Positions 48,972-62,467 of a stretch of DNA of 64,000 nt are shown here, one piece after another. The number at the start of each line of letters is the position of its first letter. Position 1 is the stretch's first letter. Source of the stretch: Malacoraja senta (lineage: Eukaryota); NCBI GenBank assembly GCA_038087875.1, contig JAXLNO010000235.1:248001-312000 (forward strand), read 5' to 3'. The position numbers were made by a program, and so were the translations under genes. The notes under the pieces were generated by a model. It made no database searches, was not told the DNA's origin, and saw only the letters and a program-made list of their open reading frames with translations.

Positions 48972-50569
48972 AATATTTACACTGATTTACAGTATGCTTT
49001 CGGAGTCGTTCACGATTATGGGCAATTGTGGAAAAATCGAGGCTTCCTGACCTCATCAGGAACAGTTATTTCACACCAGGTTAGTTTCCAACCTTTTACA
49101 GGCAATCCAATTGCCCAGTCAGCTTGCAGTTATTAAAGTTCGTGCCCACACATCAGGCCAGAGCCCTATAGATATCGGCAATCGCCTTGCGGATGGTGCC
49201 GCTAAAAAAAGCTTCTTGGACTAACCAGGTTGTTGTGCCCCGAATGATGAGGCAGACTAAAAATTCCAGTAAGAATCAGTCTCCCCCGGAAAAAGGAATG
49301 CCAACCATCCAGGAAGTACTTCAAATACAGGAGGACGCTCCTGCACAGGTAAAACAGCTGTGGCAGGACCAGGGCTGTGTGTTTGATCCTGTCACTAGCT
49401 TATGGGTTACGCCTGCAGGCCAGACTTGCATGTCTGATGAACTTGCGTTATGGATTATTGAATGTGTACACTTTGCAACTCATTGTGGTGCCAAGGCCGG
49501 AAATGATATGCTTTTAGACACCTGGTGGCATCCAAAACTTCTGGACTTGGCCCAGCGTGTCAGCCAGCGATGTCTGATTTGCCAGCAGCATAATCCAGGT
49601 AAAGGCTTGCCCTGTGAACCAGGTAAGACCCCTTTACCAGCAGGTCCATTTGAGACCTTGCAAATGGACTACATTGAGTTGAAAAGGTGTCAGTGTTATA
49701 AGTATGTTCTTGTAATTGTCGATGTTTTCAGTAAATAGATTGATGCATACCTGACCACTGACAATAAGGCGTCTACCATTGTAAAAATATTGTTACGCGA
49801 AATCATACCGCGATTCGATGTTCCTGCGCGTTTAAGTTCCGATAAAGGTCCTCATTTTATTGCTGCAGTAAACAAAGAAATGTGCCAACAATTACAGATA
49901 CATCAACAGCTCCATTGTGGATATAGACCTCAGGCCGCCGGATTGGTGGAACGGGCAAATCAGACTTTGAAAACCAAATTAGCTAAATTAGTGGCACAGA
50001 CTGGCTTAACGTGGTTTAAACTGCTTCCTGTAGCTCTTTTTCAGATACAGACCACTCCTTCTGGTACGGCACGACTGACGCCTGCGGAAATAATATATGG
50101 TCGACCTTTACGGATGCCATGGAATGACCAGGCGGTCCATTTCCATGCCCCCGCAGCAGTCCATTTCTACCAGATGACTGAGGAAATGACATCCTATGTA
50201 TTAACTTTAACCCGTGCTTTGCGAACTTCTCATTCACAGGTCAGGGCTGCAAATGGTGAGGCGCCAGCGCTCAAAGTTCCATCTAATATTGAGACACGTT
50301 GCTATGTGCTGGTCAGGAACTGGAAGCGTAAGCACTTGGACTCACGTTGGTATTTTCCCTTCCAGGTCTTCCTCACCACTCCAACAGCTGCCAAGGTCGA
50401 GGGTCGTGCTGCATGGGTTCATCTGCACCACTGCAAACTGATTGGGGAGCCCAATCATAAGCGGGGAGAAGAGTCATTTTATTTTCAACTCAGAGTTTTT
50501 AGTTTTTACATTGCTGCTTTGCTTGGGAGTTGTATCATTATAAGTTTAGTTGTATCATTATACGTTTAG
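48972..50569 (+). pseudogene. pol: ERV pol 3' part, unit 2 copy
   Basis: Same motifs. Retains EIIPRFDVPARLSSDKG but has a TAG at 49736-49738. Confidence 0.95.
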
Positions 50570-50746
50570 TTGTAGCATTATAAGTTTAGTTTTGAATCCT
50601 TATTTTGCTATATGGTTAAGAATATGCGACTGATTACGGGACTGACTGACTGAAGGATGGTTAACTTGAGTGAATAGTTGATTAAGTCAATTAAGTAAGA
50701 AATGAACTTTTTGTAAGCCTTTGCATTCATTTGCAGATAAATTCAA

Positions 50747-52603
50747 ATGAGGCGATTTATCCTGCCATGCAACCTAATGCTTCTGCAGACAGAGGGAAAT
50801 AAAGGAGAGATTCGACGATGTGTCCCAGGACACGCATATAGGATATTTCACCTCTGCAAAGGAGATGTTGTACAATGTAGAGGCCCAGAAGTCCTCGGAA
50901 GATGGAACATAATTAATATTAACTACTGCCATGGCAAAATGCAACAGACTAACTGAAGCCTCTACCTAATTCATCAGTCACTCTGGGAGTTTCCATGTGG
51001 GTACCGGATATGCAGGGTTGACTTATCTTGGAGGAGGAACCCCGGGGAGGACCGAACTCTAAATAAACACTTGTATGATGGACTATGTTATCAAGTAGCA
51101 TTACAAGTCCACCCGGGGTTCCAAAGGACAGAACCTGAACAACAAATACGGGAAAAGGGAGAATTTGAAGAAAAAGACACTAACGTGTTTATACGGGCCC
51201 ATAATGAATTATTTGGTAAAGGGCAAGTTGTGTGTTACCACGCTATGAAATCTGTTATTAGCCTATTTACAGTATCTCCTGAGTGGGGAAGGATTTAACG
51301 TTTAGTAAAGTGTCAAGATGAGATGCCAGTTCCGGTCAAAGCTGTCACTATCTATTATGACGAGTTCTTAGCCCCACCAGCTAACTGTTTGCCATTACCT
51401 GGCGACAATAAGCATTCATACCCAGGCTGTCAAAACTCTTCGGGTACCAGAGTAGAACCACTAATGCTGTGTAACTTTACCCCTAACACCGACAATAGAC
51501 AATACGGATGATGCTTCACTAACCAGGGATACGGGTGCATAGTTGTTGACGTCCCTTCCAACATTACGTGCATAGTACGAACCCCACGACAACCTAGTTG
51601 CAACAGCACATCTAAGGGCATCAAATGCACCATTCCCAAAAGATGTGTCCCAGTCTCTGCAGGGTTTGAACTGCTTTGTGGGTGGGCCAATGGAACCCAT
51701 CTAACTGTAGGATTCTATCACTTGCCCATCCCAAGATACACCAATTGGATTTCAAGCAATTGGATGGACTGGGCAAAGGGTGGCGAGGTGATTAATACAC
51801 GCATGGACTGTCATGGGTCCATATACACCGAGGAAGGGTATTACTTCTTTTTCAATGGCAAAGGGACCAATGTGCTAAAACCTCCTTTTCCAAAGAACAT
51901 AGCCATCGGGACCCTTGTCCCCACCACCGTTCCCTGCCCAGAGAGTTGGTCCCGACAAAACCAAAGGACTCTGCGCACGGCAATATCCGCCGAATTCTGT
52001 GCCAATTGGAGAAACCCAACTACAATGGGAACATCTTGGTGGGATGCTGCGGGATGGGGAGTACTAAGCCTGCTTACTTTCAGAGGTGTAGGGGGAGGGT
52101 TGGCAGCAAAACATCGAAACTATATGATTTGTGGAGTAACCATTTTGGGAAATGCCACTACTGGCGCCTTGGAGGCAATAATAACCCAACTATCAGAAAT
52201 GCTTCTGTTCTCTTTACAGAATAGATATGCCTTAGATTATCTGTTGGCCCGTGAGGGAGGGACGTGTGCTGTTGTAAAAGAAAAATGTATGATGGGAGTT
52301 CAGGATAGAACTAGTAATATCACCAAACATCAAGAGGATATTACTACCCTGCTTGATGGAATGAAGGAGGGTGTTGGATGGGGAAACTGGGGTTTTGGGG
52401 GATTATATAATTAGATCATCAGCATGGCCATAAATGCAGCAATAGTGATCATGTGTTTGTTAGTGGGAATTGCTATTGTTAAATGTATCATCACCAGACT
52501 AATGACAGCCTTGGGTAATGTGGAAACTGGTGGGCAGGTCTTATTGCGGCACCTAGAAGAAGACATTACGATGTTGGAGTCTGATGGAAGTAGAGACGTG
52601 TGA
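50747..52603 (+). pseudogene. env: ERV env, unit 2 copy
   Basis: One reading frame of 1857 nt with stops at 50954, 51296, 51509 and 52412. Cleavage site changed to RTLRT. Confidence 0.95.
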
Positions 52604-52910
52604 ACCAGCAGGTAGAGAAGGAAATGTTGGAGGAGAAGTGTAATAGACTTAATAATGTGGAGAAGGAGGAATGTTATTAAGTCCAGAATAATTGAGCACC
52701 ATAAGGGCTAGGGTTGGAAGCACAGCAGAGAAGTAGGGAACAGCATTGGTGTCAACAAGCCAGCCTGCTGACCTACGTGGTCCAGGTTTTGGGGGCTATA
52801 AAGCATCTCGAGGTTAGGTATAAACTTGGATGACTAATAAGCCAATGCTGATGAATCTCTGCCTTGTGTTATTATCCTATTAGTGGTCATAGAATGACCA
52901 GAGTGAGGAA

Positions 52911-54103
52911 TGAGGAAATATTATACAAATAGAACCGCTTGGATAGAGACTTTTATATAAGCTAGGTGAATTGCAAAAGAAAAGCTTAAAGTTTCCCTGA
53001 ACTGAAATAAAGTGCAAACTGACACATACACACAGGCAAAGATGAATCAAAACATGGAGGCCTGAACCTGCTTAGCTTAGGTTATTGTTTGGGGGCAATT
53101 ATAGCACTGGAGGAAATTGTATTTGATATGGCTTTGTGTTGAAGAATGGGAAGCTGAATAAGGGGCCTCTTCTTAGGCCATCTGCTCTGTCTCTATGGCA
53201 CATTTTTGAGCTCTGAATGTGACATAAACGTGAAGAGTTATGGCTTGTTATGCTAGGTTTGAGACAGAATTCAAGGCTGAGAGATGATAGACTGCAGTTA
53301 GCCTTGGCTGTGTAAAATTATAATGAGTGTGATAAGGAATAAGATGTAAGTGAAGGAATAGTTGCTTTGAGAAATAATTAGATTGAGGGAGTTGTTTATA
53401 GAAGGTTGAAGCAGATGGAATTCTGACGTAATGGTCTGGGTTGTACCTTGTACCTTGTGTTCTGTCTGGTACATGAGATTGGAAATCCTGCTTCCCGATA
53501 ACAGGAAAGGCACCAAACTCATATTAACTAAATTGACAGAGTTATGACCCATGTATCTTTGGATGGGAGATGGAAATGTGCGTTTTGAACTTAGAAACTG
53601 TAATTCAGCAAACTTATATAATTAATGTTTTAAAGACATAGGTAATGGTATTTCAAAATGTGTAAAATTATAGTAACACCAATTATGCAATGTATTGTCT
53701 TAGTAGAAAGGTACACTTTAGACTTAGATTTATAGAAATATCTTTTCTCTTGGTATAGAAAGTGTGTATGACTTGAGTGATCACTGTATGTATCTTATAT
53801 TTTGAAGAGTGGTCTTTGATAAAAGCCTACAGGGGTTTTGCTGTGTTGAAATAAAATAATTCTAAAACAGTTATAGAGTTATACCATAGACAAACAAAGA
53901 TTGTAAAAGACGTCAGGAAAGGGGATATCCTGTGACTGATGTTGTAAATCACCAAAAGGACTCAGATGATTGGTTAGCTCTGTGTTGGAAGGTTCAAAGA
54001 ATTGTCTCAGTACTGAATAAAGAATCAATTCCAACAGCTACAAGCATTTGAGTCAAGTTTTCTTGACTTTAGATTGACAAAATAACTCAGTTTAACATTC
54101 TCA
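52911..54103 (+). mobile_element. 3' LTR, unit 2 copy, lacking the TATA-box segment
   Basis: Same ends as 23696-25010; ~100 bp corresponding to 24782-24884 is absent at ~53977. Confidence 0.75.
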
Positions 54104-55867
54104 CTGTCTCTGACTACATTTTATCTCTGTGGCCACTCTCGTCATCACTCTGAAGAAGGGTCTCAACATGAAACGTCACCCATTCCTTCTCGCCAGAGAT
54201 GCTGCCCGTCTCGCTGAGTTACTCCAGCATTTTGTTTCTTATCTTTGATTTAAATACATTTTGACATGTCTGGAAAGGTTGAGAGGGACATGGCCAAATT
54301 CAGGGCAGGTGGGACTAGAGTTTGTACGTTCTCTCTGTGACTGTGTGTGTTTTCTCCGGGTGCTCCGATTTCCTCCCACATTCCAAAGATGTGCAGGTGT
54401 GTAGATTAATTCTGAAATTGCCCCCAGTGAGTAGGGTAGACCTAGTGAACAGGTTATCGCTGGTCGGCGCGTACTAAAAAAATGAAACATAGCATGAGGA
54501 ACTGTAGATGCCTGCGTACTTTTAAAAAAGATGCAAAGTGCTGGAGTAACTCAGCGGGGTGCAAGTGTCCCAGCCTGACGTTTCAACCACAAAATGTTTA
54601 CGACGAGACTGTTCTAACTTATGAAAACAAAATGTTCTCCCAGAATACTGCCTGGATTAGAGGGCTTCAGCTACAGGGAGAGGTATAGTGTAAAGCTTTT
54701 TTTGTTGTGTGCTAACCAGTTAGTGGAAGGACAATACAGGATTACAATCAACCCATCCACAGTGTACAGATATAGGATTAAGGGAATATCGATTAGTGCA
54801 AGGTAAAGTCTGATTAAAGATAATCTGAGGGATAGTTTAAGAATAAGGGGTAATTTATTTAGAACGGAGATGAGGAAAAAACTTTTTCACACAGAGTGTT
54901 GAGAGTCTGTGAAATTCTCTGCCGCAGATGGTGGTGGAAGCCGATTCTCTGAATGCTTTCAAGAGAGAGCTGGACAGAGCTCTTAAAGATAGCGGCGTCA
55001 AGGGATATAGGGAGAAGGCAGAACAGGGTATTAATTGTGGATGATTGGCATGATCACGGTGAATAGCGGTGCTGGCTCGAGGGGCAGAATGGCCTACTCC
55101 TGCACCTATTGTCTATTATCTTCAATGAATAATAATGAATGAATAAAAATGTTATTAGCCAAGTAGGTCCACATCCAAGGCATTTATATTGGTGCTTTGC
55201 TCGCAGGTAACAACAAGATATTCTGTAGACAATAAAAAATAAAATATTATAATTCAAACGTGAAAATAAAGTACCAGAGTAAAAAGAGGCTACGGTCTTT
55301 TGGCTGTTGAATAGAGATACTGCTCGTGGGAAAAAGCTGTTTTATGTCTGACTGTAGCAGCTTTGATAGTCCGGAGTCGCCTCCAGAAAGAAGTGATTCA
55401 AGAGTTTGTCGCCGGAGGTGAGCGGCAGAAAACATCTGCCAATGGAGTAGATGGTAGGTGGGGTCTGCTCTCTAGTTGGTGATTGGATGGTTAGAACGTA
55501 GGGCAGTACAGCACAGGGACGGGCCCTTCGGCCCACAATGTTTGTGCCGAACATGACGCCAGGTTAAACTCTCATCTGCCTGTACATGATCCATATCCCT
55601 CTCTCCCCTCCACTTCCACATGCCCACCTAAAAGCTTCTTAAACACCCGTCATATCTGCCTCCACCACCTCCCAGGTCAGGCACATGAGGCCCCCACCAC
55701 TGCCCCGCGCATCCCCATTAAACTTTCCCCTCTCTCCTTACAGCGATACCAACTAGTCTTGGACATTTCCTGCCTGGCGTAAAAAGATTCTGAGAGTCGA
55801 CCCCTCTCCTCCCCTCCCCTCCGTTCCCCTCTCCCGCCTCTCTTCCTCCCTCCCTCTCTCCTAAGAT

Positions 55868-56220
55868 CGTAAGTTCTAGGAGTAGAATTAGGCCATTCGG
55901 CCCATCGAGTCCAGCCCACCATTCAATCACGGCTGATCTCTCTCCCCCTCCAAACCCCATCCTCCTGCCTTCTCCCCATAACCCCTGACACCCGCACTAA
56001 TTAACAATCTATCTATCTCTGCCTTAAATATCAATCCCCACTGAAGTGGCCTCCACCGCCGTCTGTGGCAACGAATCCCACAGATTCACCAACCTCTGGC
56101 TAAAGAAATTCCTCCTCTCCTTCCTGAAGGGACGTCCTTGAATTCTGAGGCTGTGACCTCTGGTCCTAGACTCTCCCACTAGTGGAAACATCCTCTCCAT
56201 ATCCACTCTGTCCAGGCCTT
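55868..56220 (-). mobile_element. CR1 LINE 3' fragment at the unit 2 / copy 3 junction
   Basis: ORF 56024..56206 ERMFPLVGESRTRGHSLRI...FFSQRLVNLWDSLP. Confidence 0.85.
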
Positions 56221-56229
56221 AAAAATATC

Positions 56230-59200
56230 ATGACCACCTAAACTGTCATTTGGCAACCTAAAAAGCTGCCAAGGCTGCCCGGCTGGCAACAGGGAAAAAA
56301 AGTTAAGCGAGAGCCCTGCTCACACACATGCTCCCTCTCTCTCTCATACACACACTCTCTTTCTCACACACACACGCTTCCTCTCTCTCACACACACACG
56401 CTCCCTCTCACACATACACACTCCCTCTCTCTTACACACACTCGCTTCCTCTCTCACACACACATTCCCTCTCGCATGCACACACACTCTCTTTCTCTCA
56501 CACACACTCCCTCCCTCCCCCCTCTATCCCCCCCATCTCTCTCGCCCTTTCTCTCCCCCCTCTCTTCACCATTTCATCTCCCTTTCATCCACGTGTACGC
56601 ACTCACACTCATCAGCAAAGAGAGGGAAAAGAGAGAGAGAAAAGAAGGAGAAGCCAGAGAAGGGGAGAGAAAGAAAGAGGGAACGAGACAGAGAAAAAAA
56701 ATGAAGGCTGCCAGTAACTACGATGGCCGCCCAGAACTTCACGTCCCTTTGACTTCAATGGAGTGCCTTGACCAAAGATGGCCGCCTCTCCTGGGCATCG
56801 CTACCATTGACTTGAATGGAAGACTGCCAGTAGCTAAGATGGACGCCCAGGGCTTCACTCCCAATGGACTGCAATGGCAGACTGCCTGTAGAGAAGATGG
56901 CCACCTGCAGCACCACAGGGAAATGCCAGCATCCAAAATGGCCACCCCCGGCTTCACACTCATTGACTTTCTGGCTGCCAGTAGCTAAAATGGCGGTGGT
57001 GAAGGGTGAGGGGGAGGGGGAGGGGTGGGTTAGAAGGGGGAAGAGAGGAGAATAGATGGTGAACGTGGGAGAGAGAGATAGAAGGGGTCGAGAGAGGGAG
57101 GGGGGTGTATGCGTGCGTGTCTGGGATTGCTTATTCACCAACCCCACTCCCTTCTCCCCTCCCCTCGTTCCTTCCCACCCTCTTGCTCTCTCTCCCTCTC
57201 TCTCATCTCCCTCTCTCTCTCCATCTCTCTCAAGCTCCTCTTTTCCGTGGCCATTTTGTTGTCAACCTCCATAGTTGGCCAATCTTCAATCCCTCCTTAA
57301 TCTCACTCCTGGAGCCCTGCTGACCCCGGGTTCTTCCCTGGGAGAGCGCCCCGTTGAGAGGGAGGGAGGGAGGAAGGGAGGGGCACGGAGGCAGACATGC
57401 TGGAGAAGTCACTTAACCTGATGGTGGCCATTTTGTTGTCAACCTCCATAGTTGGCCAATCTTCCATCCTTCCTTAATCTCACCCCTGGAGCCCTGCTGA
57501 CCCCGGGTTCTTCCCCGGGAGAATGCCCCGTTCGGAGGGAGGAGGAATTGAGAGGAAATGAGGGCACAGAGGTGGAAATTGTGAGAAAAGGGTTAATAGG
57601 GATGGTTGATTTATACTAGAACTCTGATAAGTATAACTTAGAAAGAAATAAGGTGTCAGCAGAAGCCAGACTGCTGGTAGAATAAAGTAACAATATACAG
57701 AACAGAGAGAAATTCGAGATAAAAAAGTAGCAAACAGATAGAAACTTCAGCAGAAGCCTTAGGTGTCTTTGACGTTGGGTGGACGTTCCAGGACGTTCTC
57801 GTGGGAATGTGGGCTTTATGTTATGATTGGAAGAAGCTCAATGTGGAGAGATGAGGGTGTGACAATAGTGAAATGAAATGTATAAAGATAGAAAGCATCT
57901 CCATCTTCGTTGTGCCTCTAGGGAACAGCAGAGGAGAGGCACCTATTCTGCAGAATATTATCTTAATAAAAACCTATTTGCCTGACTTTGTCTCTAAAGC
58001 GTTTGTGATTTTGAATCTCACAATTTGGGGGCTCGGTTACGGGATTTAATTACTCTGGACAGCTGACGGGAGTACACGGACGAAGAGAAGGTGCACCCCG
58101 CTGAGTTCAGCGGTCTCAGACTCCTTGCTTACCATCAGAAGGTTTGAGCGAGTGATGCCCGGACCAAACAGAGACTCGGCAAAGAAGTGAAAGTGGTTGG
58201 AGATTAGTTGGAGATCGCGAAAAGTCAATCGAGCAATTTCTGTGCACAGAACCCAGGTAGGAATAATGACTAATAAAGTACTTCCTGGGCGATTGAAAAG
58301 ACCTTGTGGTTAACGCCCTGAAGGATTCAGGGGTCTGTACCGGCAAGGCAAACTGAAAAGGGAGGGGAAAAGCCTGTAGGCCAAATCCCCGCATTCTGCC
58401 CAATAGTCCGTTGGGGCAAATGCTGAACCACTGGGGGGCAGGAAATACCCAGGGGTTGGAGTAGACAACAATGATAAGGTATAGTCCGTTGGGGCAAATG
58501 CAGAGCCGCAGGGGGCCAAAATACCCAGGGAAGAGAGAAGACAGGGGCCGGGGTGGACGAAGATCACCCAACCACCAGGATGGGGAGTCAAATGGTCGGA
58601 AGGGGAAGATAAGAAGATCGGTAGAAATTAGACCCCTGAGGGAGGTACCTAGGAGAGGACCCTGAGGGGGAAGGGGAATTGTTAAATAGCCTCCTTGAAG
58701 ATCCTTTAGGTCTGACAAGAACAGTTAGATCAATTCCTTTTCAAAGAAGGGAAAAACAAGTAGTAAAGATTATGTTGCAGGCAGTAGAAAAACAACAAAT
58801 AAGGAACAGAGAGAGACAGGATGATGAGGGAGTTACTCCCGAAAGTAGCAGATAAGAAGACGGCAAAGGCCAGGGACAAGAGTGCAGGACAGGGAGAAAA
58901 TATAAATTGAATAATCTATTTGAAGTAAGAACGGAACGAATGTGATTTGTATGTAAAAACCGGTTTGGAACGAATTGTTGTAAGATGAAAGGTTGGAAGG
59001 AGCAAGTTGTAAAATTGAACACAGACCCCCCCGCCCACCCCCGTGGCGGGGGCAAGAATTTCCACTGTAGTTAAAAATACTGCAAACCATCGGAGATTAC
59101 GAACAAGCTGTAAAATTAACTCTTTGTATCCTCGTAACCTGAAAAAGGGAAGTTGTAAAAATCAGCTTTTGATTTTCTTTTAATGGTTTCTTGATGTTCT

Positions 59201-59380
59201 TTTAGATTTCTTATCAGTAAATTTAATTGGAGAATTGTTACTAGTGCTAGGAATTGGACATTTAAAATAATGGCGAATATGGATTGAAATAATTGGAAAT
59301 AAGTTAATTGATGAAACATGACCAGCTTTTATGGTTTGTTGTTTTATGGTAGACATTCAAGTTGAGAAACACAGAGAGAG
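56230..59380 (+). repeat. Third, more diverged partial copy of the unit start (~178-3830), lacking the solo LTR
   Basis: atgaccacctaaactgtc... at 56230 matches ~178. Same YY1 array, 180-bp duplicate, LTR, PBS and gag remnant, with scattered substitutions. Confidence 0.95.
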
Positions 59381-59567
59381 AGAGACACAGACACAGAGAG
59401 AGAGAGAGAGAGAGAGAGATACAGACACAGAAACACACAGGGAGAGAGATACAGACACAGAAACACAGAGAGAGAGAGAGATACAGGCACAGAAACACAG
59501 AGAGAGATACAGACAGAGAGAGAGAGAGAGAGCCAGACACAGAGAGAGGAAAGACAGAGACACAGAA

Positions 59568-59598
<31 letters not shown>

Positions 59599-59862
59599 AA
59601 CAGAAGTAGGAGACGATGGGATGACACAGATTATCCGTTGAGGCACCCATAAACTGAGAGGGCTAAAATAAATAAATAAATAAATAAATAATAGATAAAA
59701 AATACCTCACCCTATATCCCTGAACGGGGAGGAAATGTATTAGGGCTTTGGAGGAGGAGAACATGGGACGATTATTGGCCATGAAAGATTTGAAGGCACC
59801 ATTGGTAAAAGTCATGCGAACCGCTAAATGGCAGATAAAGATGGATGATATAAACTGAAGGT
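57580..59862 (+). mobile_element. gag: Copy 3 of the defective ERV: LTR 57580-58022, PBS, gag remnant, long GA/CA microsatellite and ~250 bp of extra internal sequence
   Basis: Same LTR, PBS and gag remnant. Continues past the microsatellite (~59367-59600) into sequence containing YIPERGGNVLG (~59713-59745), weakly like the retroviral protease xPExGxNLLGRD motif. Confidence 0.8.
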
Positions 59863-59924
59863 ACACTAAATTGCTGGAGAAACTGAGCGGGTGCAGCAGC
59901 ATCTATGGAGCGAAGGAAATAGGC

Positions 59925-59952
59925 GACGTTTCGGGCCGAAACCCTTCTTCAG
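59925..59952 (-). ncRNA. Hammerhead ribozyme core in the Penelope 3' terminal repeat
   Basis: Minus strand reads CUGAAGA-A-GGGU(UUCG)GCCC-GAAA-C-GUC^. Stem I pairing is weak. Confidence 0.6.
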
Positions 59953-60436
59953 ACTGATGGGGGGTGGGGGGGAGTAGGAAGGAAAAAGGGAGGAGGAGGA
60001 GCCCGAGGGCGGGGGGATGGGAGGAGACAGCTCGAGGGTTAAAGAAGGGGAGGAGACAGCAAGGGCTAGCAAAATTGGGAGAATTCAACGTTCATGCCAT
60101 CAGGACGCAAGCTACCCAGGCGGAATATGAGGTGCTGTTCCTCCAATTTCCGGTGTTGCTCACTCTGGCAAAGGAGGAGACCCAGGACAGAGAGGTCGGA
60201 TTTGGAATGGGAGGGGGAGTTGAAGTGCTGAGCCACCGGGAGTTCAGGTAGGTTGTTGCGGACTGAGCGGAGGTGTTCGGCGAAACGATCGCCCAACCTC
60301 CGTTTAGTCTCCCCGATGTAAATCAGCTGACATCTAGAGCAGCGGATGCAGTAGATGAGGTTGGAGGAGATACAGGTGAACCTTTGTCGCACCTGGAACG
60401 ACTGCTTGGGTCCTTGAATGGAGTCGAGGGTGGAGG

Positions 60437-61568
60437 TACATAGATACATAGAAAATAGGTGCAGGAGTAGGCCATTCGGCCCTTCGAGCCTGCACCGCCA
60501 TTCAATGTGATCATGGCTGATCATCCAACTCAGTATCCCGTACGTGCCTTCTCTCCATACCCCCTGATTCCTTTAGCCACAAGGGCCACATCTAACTCCC
60601 TCTTAAATATAGCCAATGAACTGGCCTCAACTACCCTCTGTGGCAGAGAGTTCCAGAGATTCACCACTCTCTGTGTGAAAAAGTTTTTCCTCATCTCGGT
60701 CTTAAAGGATTTCCCCCTTATCATTAAGCTGTGACCCCTTGTCCTGGACTTCCCCAACATCGGGAACAATCTTCCTGCATCTAGCCTGTCCAACCCCATA
60801 AGAATTTTGTACGTTTCTATAAGAACCCCTCTCAATCTCCTAAATTCTAGCGAGTATAAGCCAAGTCTATCCAGTCTTTCTTCATATGAAAGTCCTGACA
60901 TCCCAGGAATCAATCTGGTGAACCTTCTCTGCACTCCCTCTATGGCTATAATGTCCTTCCTCAGATTTGGAGACCAAAACTGTACGCAATACTCCAGGTG
61001 TGGTCTCACCAAGACCCTGTACAACTGCAGTAGAACCTCCCTGCTCCTATACTCAAATCCTCTTGCTTTGAAAGCCAACATACGATTCGCTTTCTTCACT
61101 GCCTGCTGCACCTGCATGCCTACTTTCAATGACTGGTGTACCATGACACCCAGGTCTCGCTGCATCTCCCCATTTCCTAATCGGCCACCATTTAGATAAT
61201 AGTCTGCCTTCCCGTTTTTGCCACCAAAGTGGATAACCTCACATTTATCCACATTATACTGCATCTGCCAAACATTTGCCCACTCACCCAGCCTATCCAA
61301 GTCACCCTGCAGTCTCCTAGCATCCTCCTCACAGCTAACACTGCCCCCCATGCTTAGTGTCATCCGCAAACTTGGAGATGTTGCTTTCAGTTCCCTCATC
61401 CAGTTCATTAATATAAATTGTAAATAGCTGGGGTCCCAGCACTGAGCCTTGCGGTACCCCACTAGTCACTGCCTGCCATTGTGAAAAGGACCCGTTTACT
61501 CCTACTCTTTGCTTCCTGTTTGCCAGCCAGTTCTCTATCCACATCAATACTGAACCCCCAATACCGTG
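60437..61568 (-). mobile_element. Little-diverged 5'-truncated CR1 LINE nested in the Penelope element
   Basis: [17 protein letters not shown] and ORF 60530..61462 through to the C-terminus, with (TAGATACA)n tail. Same family as 14765-16182. Confidence 0.93.
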
Positions 61569-61871
61569 ATGGGACAGGTGTTGCATTTCTTGCGGTTGCA
61601 ACAGAAAGTGCCCGGGGATGGGGTGGTACGGGAGGGAAGGGAAGAATTGACAAGGGAGTTGCAGAGGGAGCGGTCTTTGCGGAAGGCAGACATGGGGGGA
61701 GATGGGAAGATGTTGCGAGTGGTGGGGTCACGTTGGAGGTGGCGGAAATGGCGGAGGATTATGTGTTGTAACTGTGTGATATAAACTGATACAGCCGTCC
61801 AGAAAAAGACTACAAACATGGCCTCCGCTCACAAACTTACCGGCAATAGTGCCACCGTCAGGTCAGCTGCT

Positions 61872-61975
61872 GTCACTGTAGCCTAACTACCGGCCACAGT
61901 GCCATCTTCTGGTTGGATGCCGTCACTGCAGCCTGACTACCGGCCACAGTGCCATCTTCTGGTTGGATGCCGTCA
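61872..61975. repeat. 50-bp tandem duplication, each unit with a CTCF-like motif
   Basis: gtcactg(t/c)agcct(a/g)actaccggccacagtgccatcttctggttggatgcc occurs twice. Confidence 0.8.
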
Positions 61976-62020
61976 TTACCCACTTAAGGTGAACCCCAAG
62001 GAACAAAGGGGAAATACACA

Positions 62021-62467
62021 AGGTGCAGCAGGCAGTGAAGAAAGCGAATGGTATGTTAGCTTTCATACCAAAAGGATTTGAGTATAGGAGCAGGGAGGTT
62101 CTACTGCAGTTGTACATGGTCTTGGTGAGACCACACCTGGAGTATTGCGTACAGTTTTGGTCTTCAAATCTGAGGAAGGACATTATTGCCATAGAGGGAG
62201 TACAGAGAAGGTTCACCAGACTGATTCCTGGGATGTCAGGACTGTCTTATGAAGAAAGACTGGATAGACTTGGTTTATACTCTCTAGAATTTAGGAGATT
62301 GAGAGGGGATCTTATAGAAACTTACAAAATTCTTAAGGGGTTGGACAGGCTAGATGCAGGAAGATTGCTCCCGATGTTGGGGAAGTCCAGGACAAGGGGT
62401 CACAGCTTAAGGATAAGGGGGAAATCCTTTAAAACCAAGATGAGAAGAACTTTTTTCACACAGAGAG
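62021..62467 (+). mobile_element. CR1 LINE fragment, truncated at the inversion breakpoint
   Basis: ORF 62023..62496 QQAVKKANGMLAFI...RTFFTQRV runs into the CT repeat of the inverted copy. Confidence 0.9.

Larger units (their letters stand above)
27015..55803 (+). repeat. Segmental duplication, tandem unit 2 (has 2179 bp at 44899-47077 missing from unit 1)
   Basis: Collinear with unit 1. Almost identical over the first ~15.5 kb, visibly more diverged after that. Confidence 0.97.
59866..61775 (-). mobile_element. Penelope-like element 3' part (GIY-YIG endonuclease), interrupted by a CR1 insertion
   Basis: [12 protein letters not shown]...[14 protein letters not shown] (~61570-61770) and FTCISSNLIYCIRCSRCQLIYIGETKRRLGDRFAEH...PVAQHFN...LEEQHLIFRLGSLRPDGMN (60066-60436). 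Confidence 0.92.

Noticed and set aside
59304..59652. ORFs rich in ER/SL dipeptides (also 359-663 and 56328-56717)
   Set aside because: They are translations of GA/CT microsatellites.
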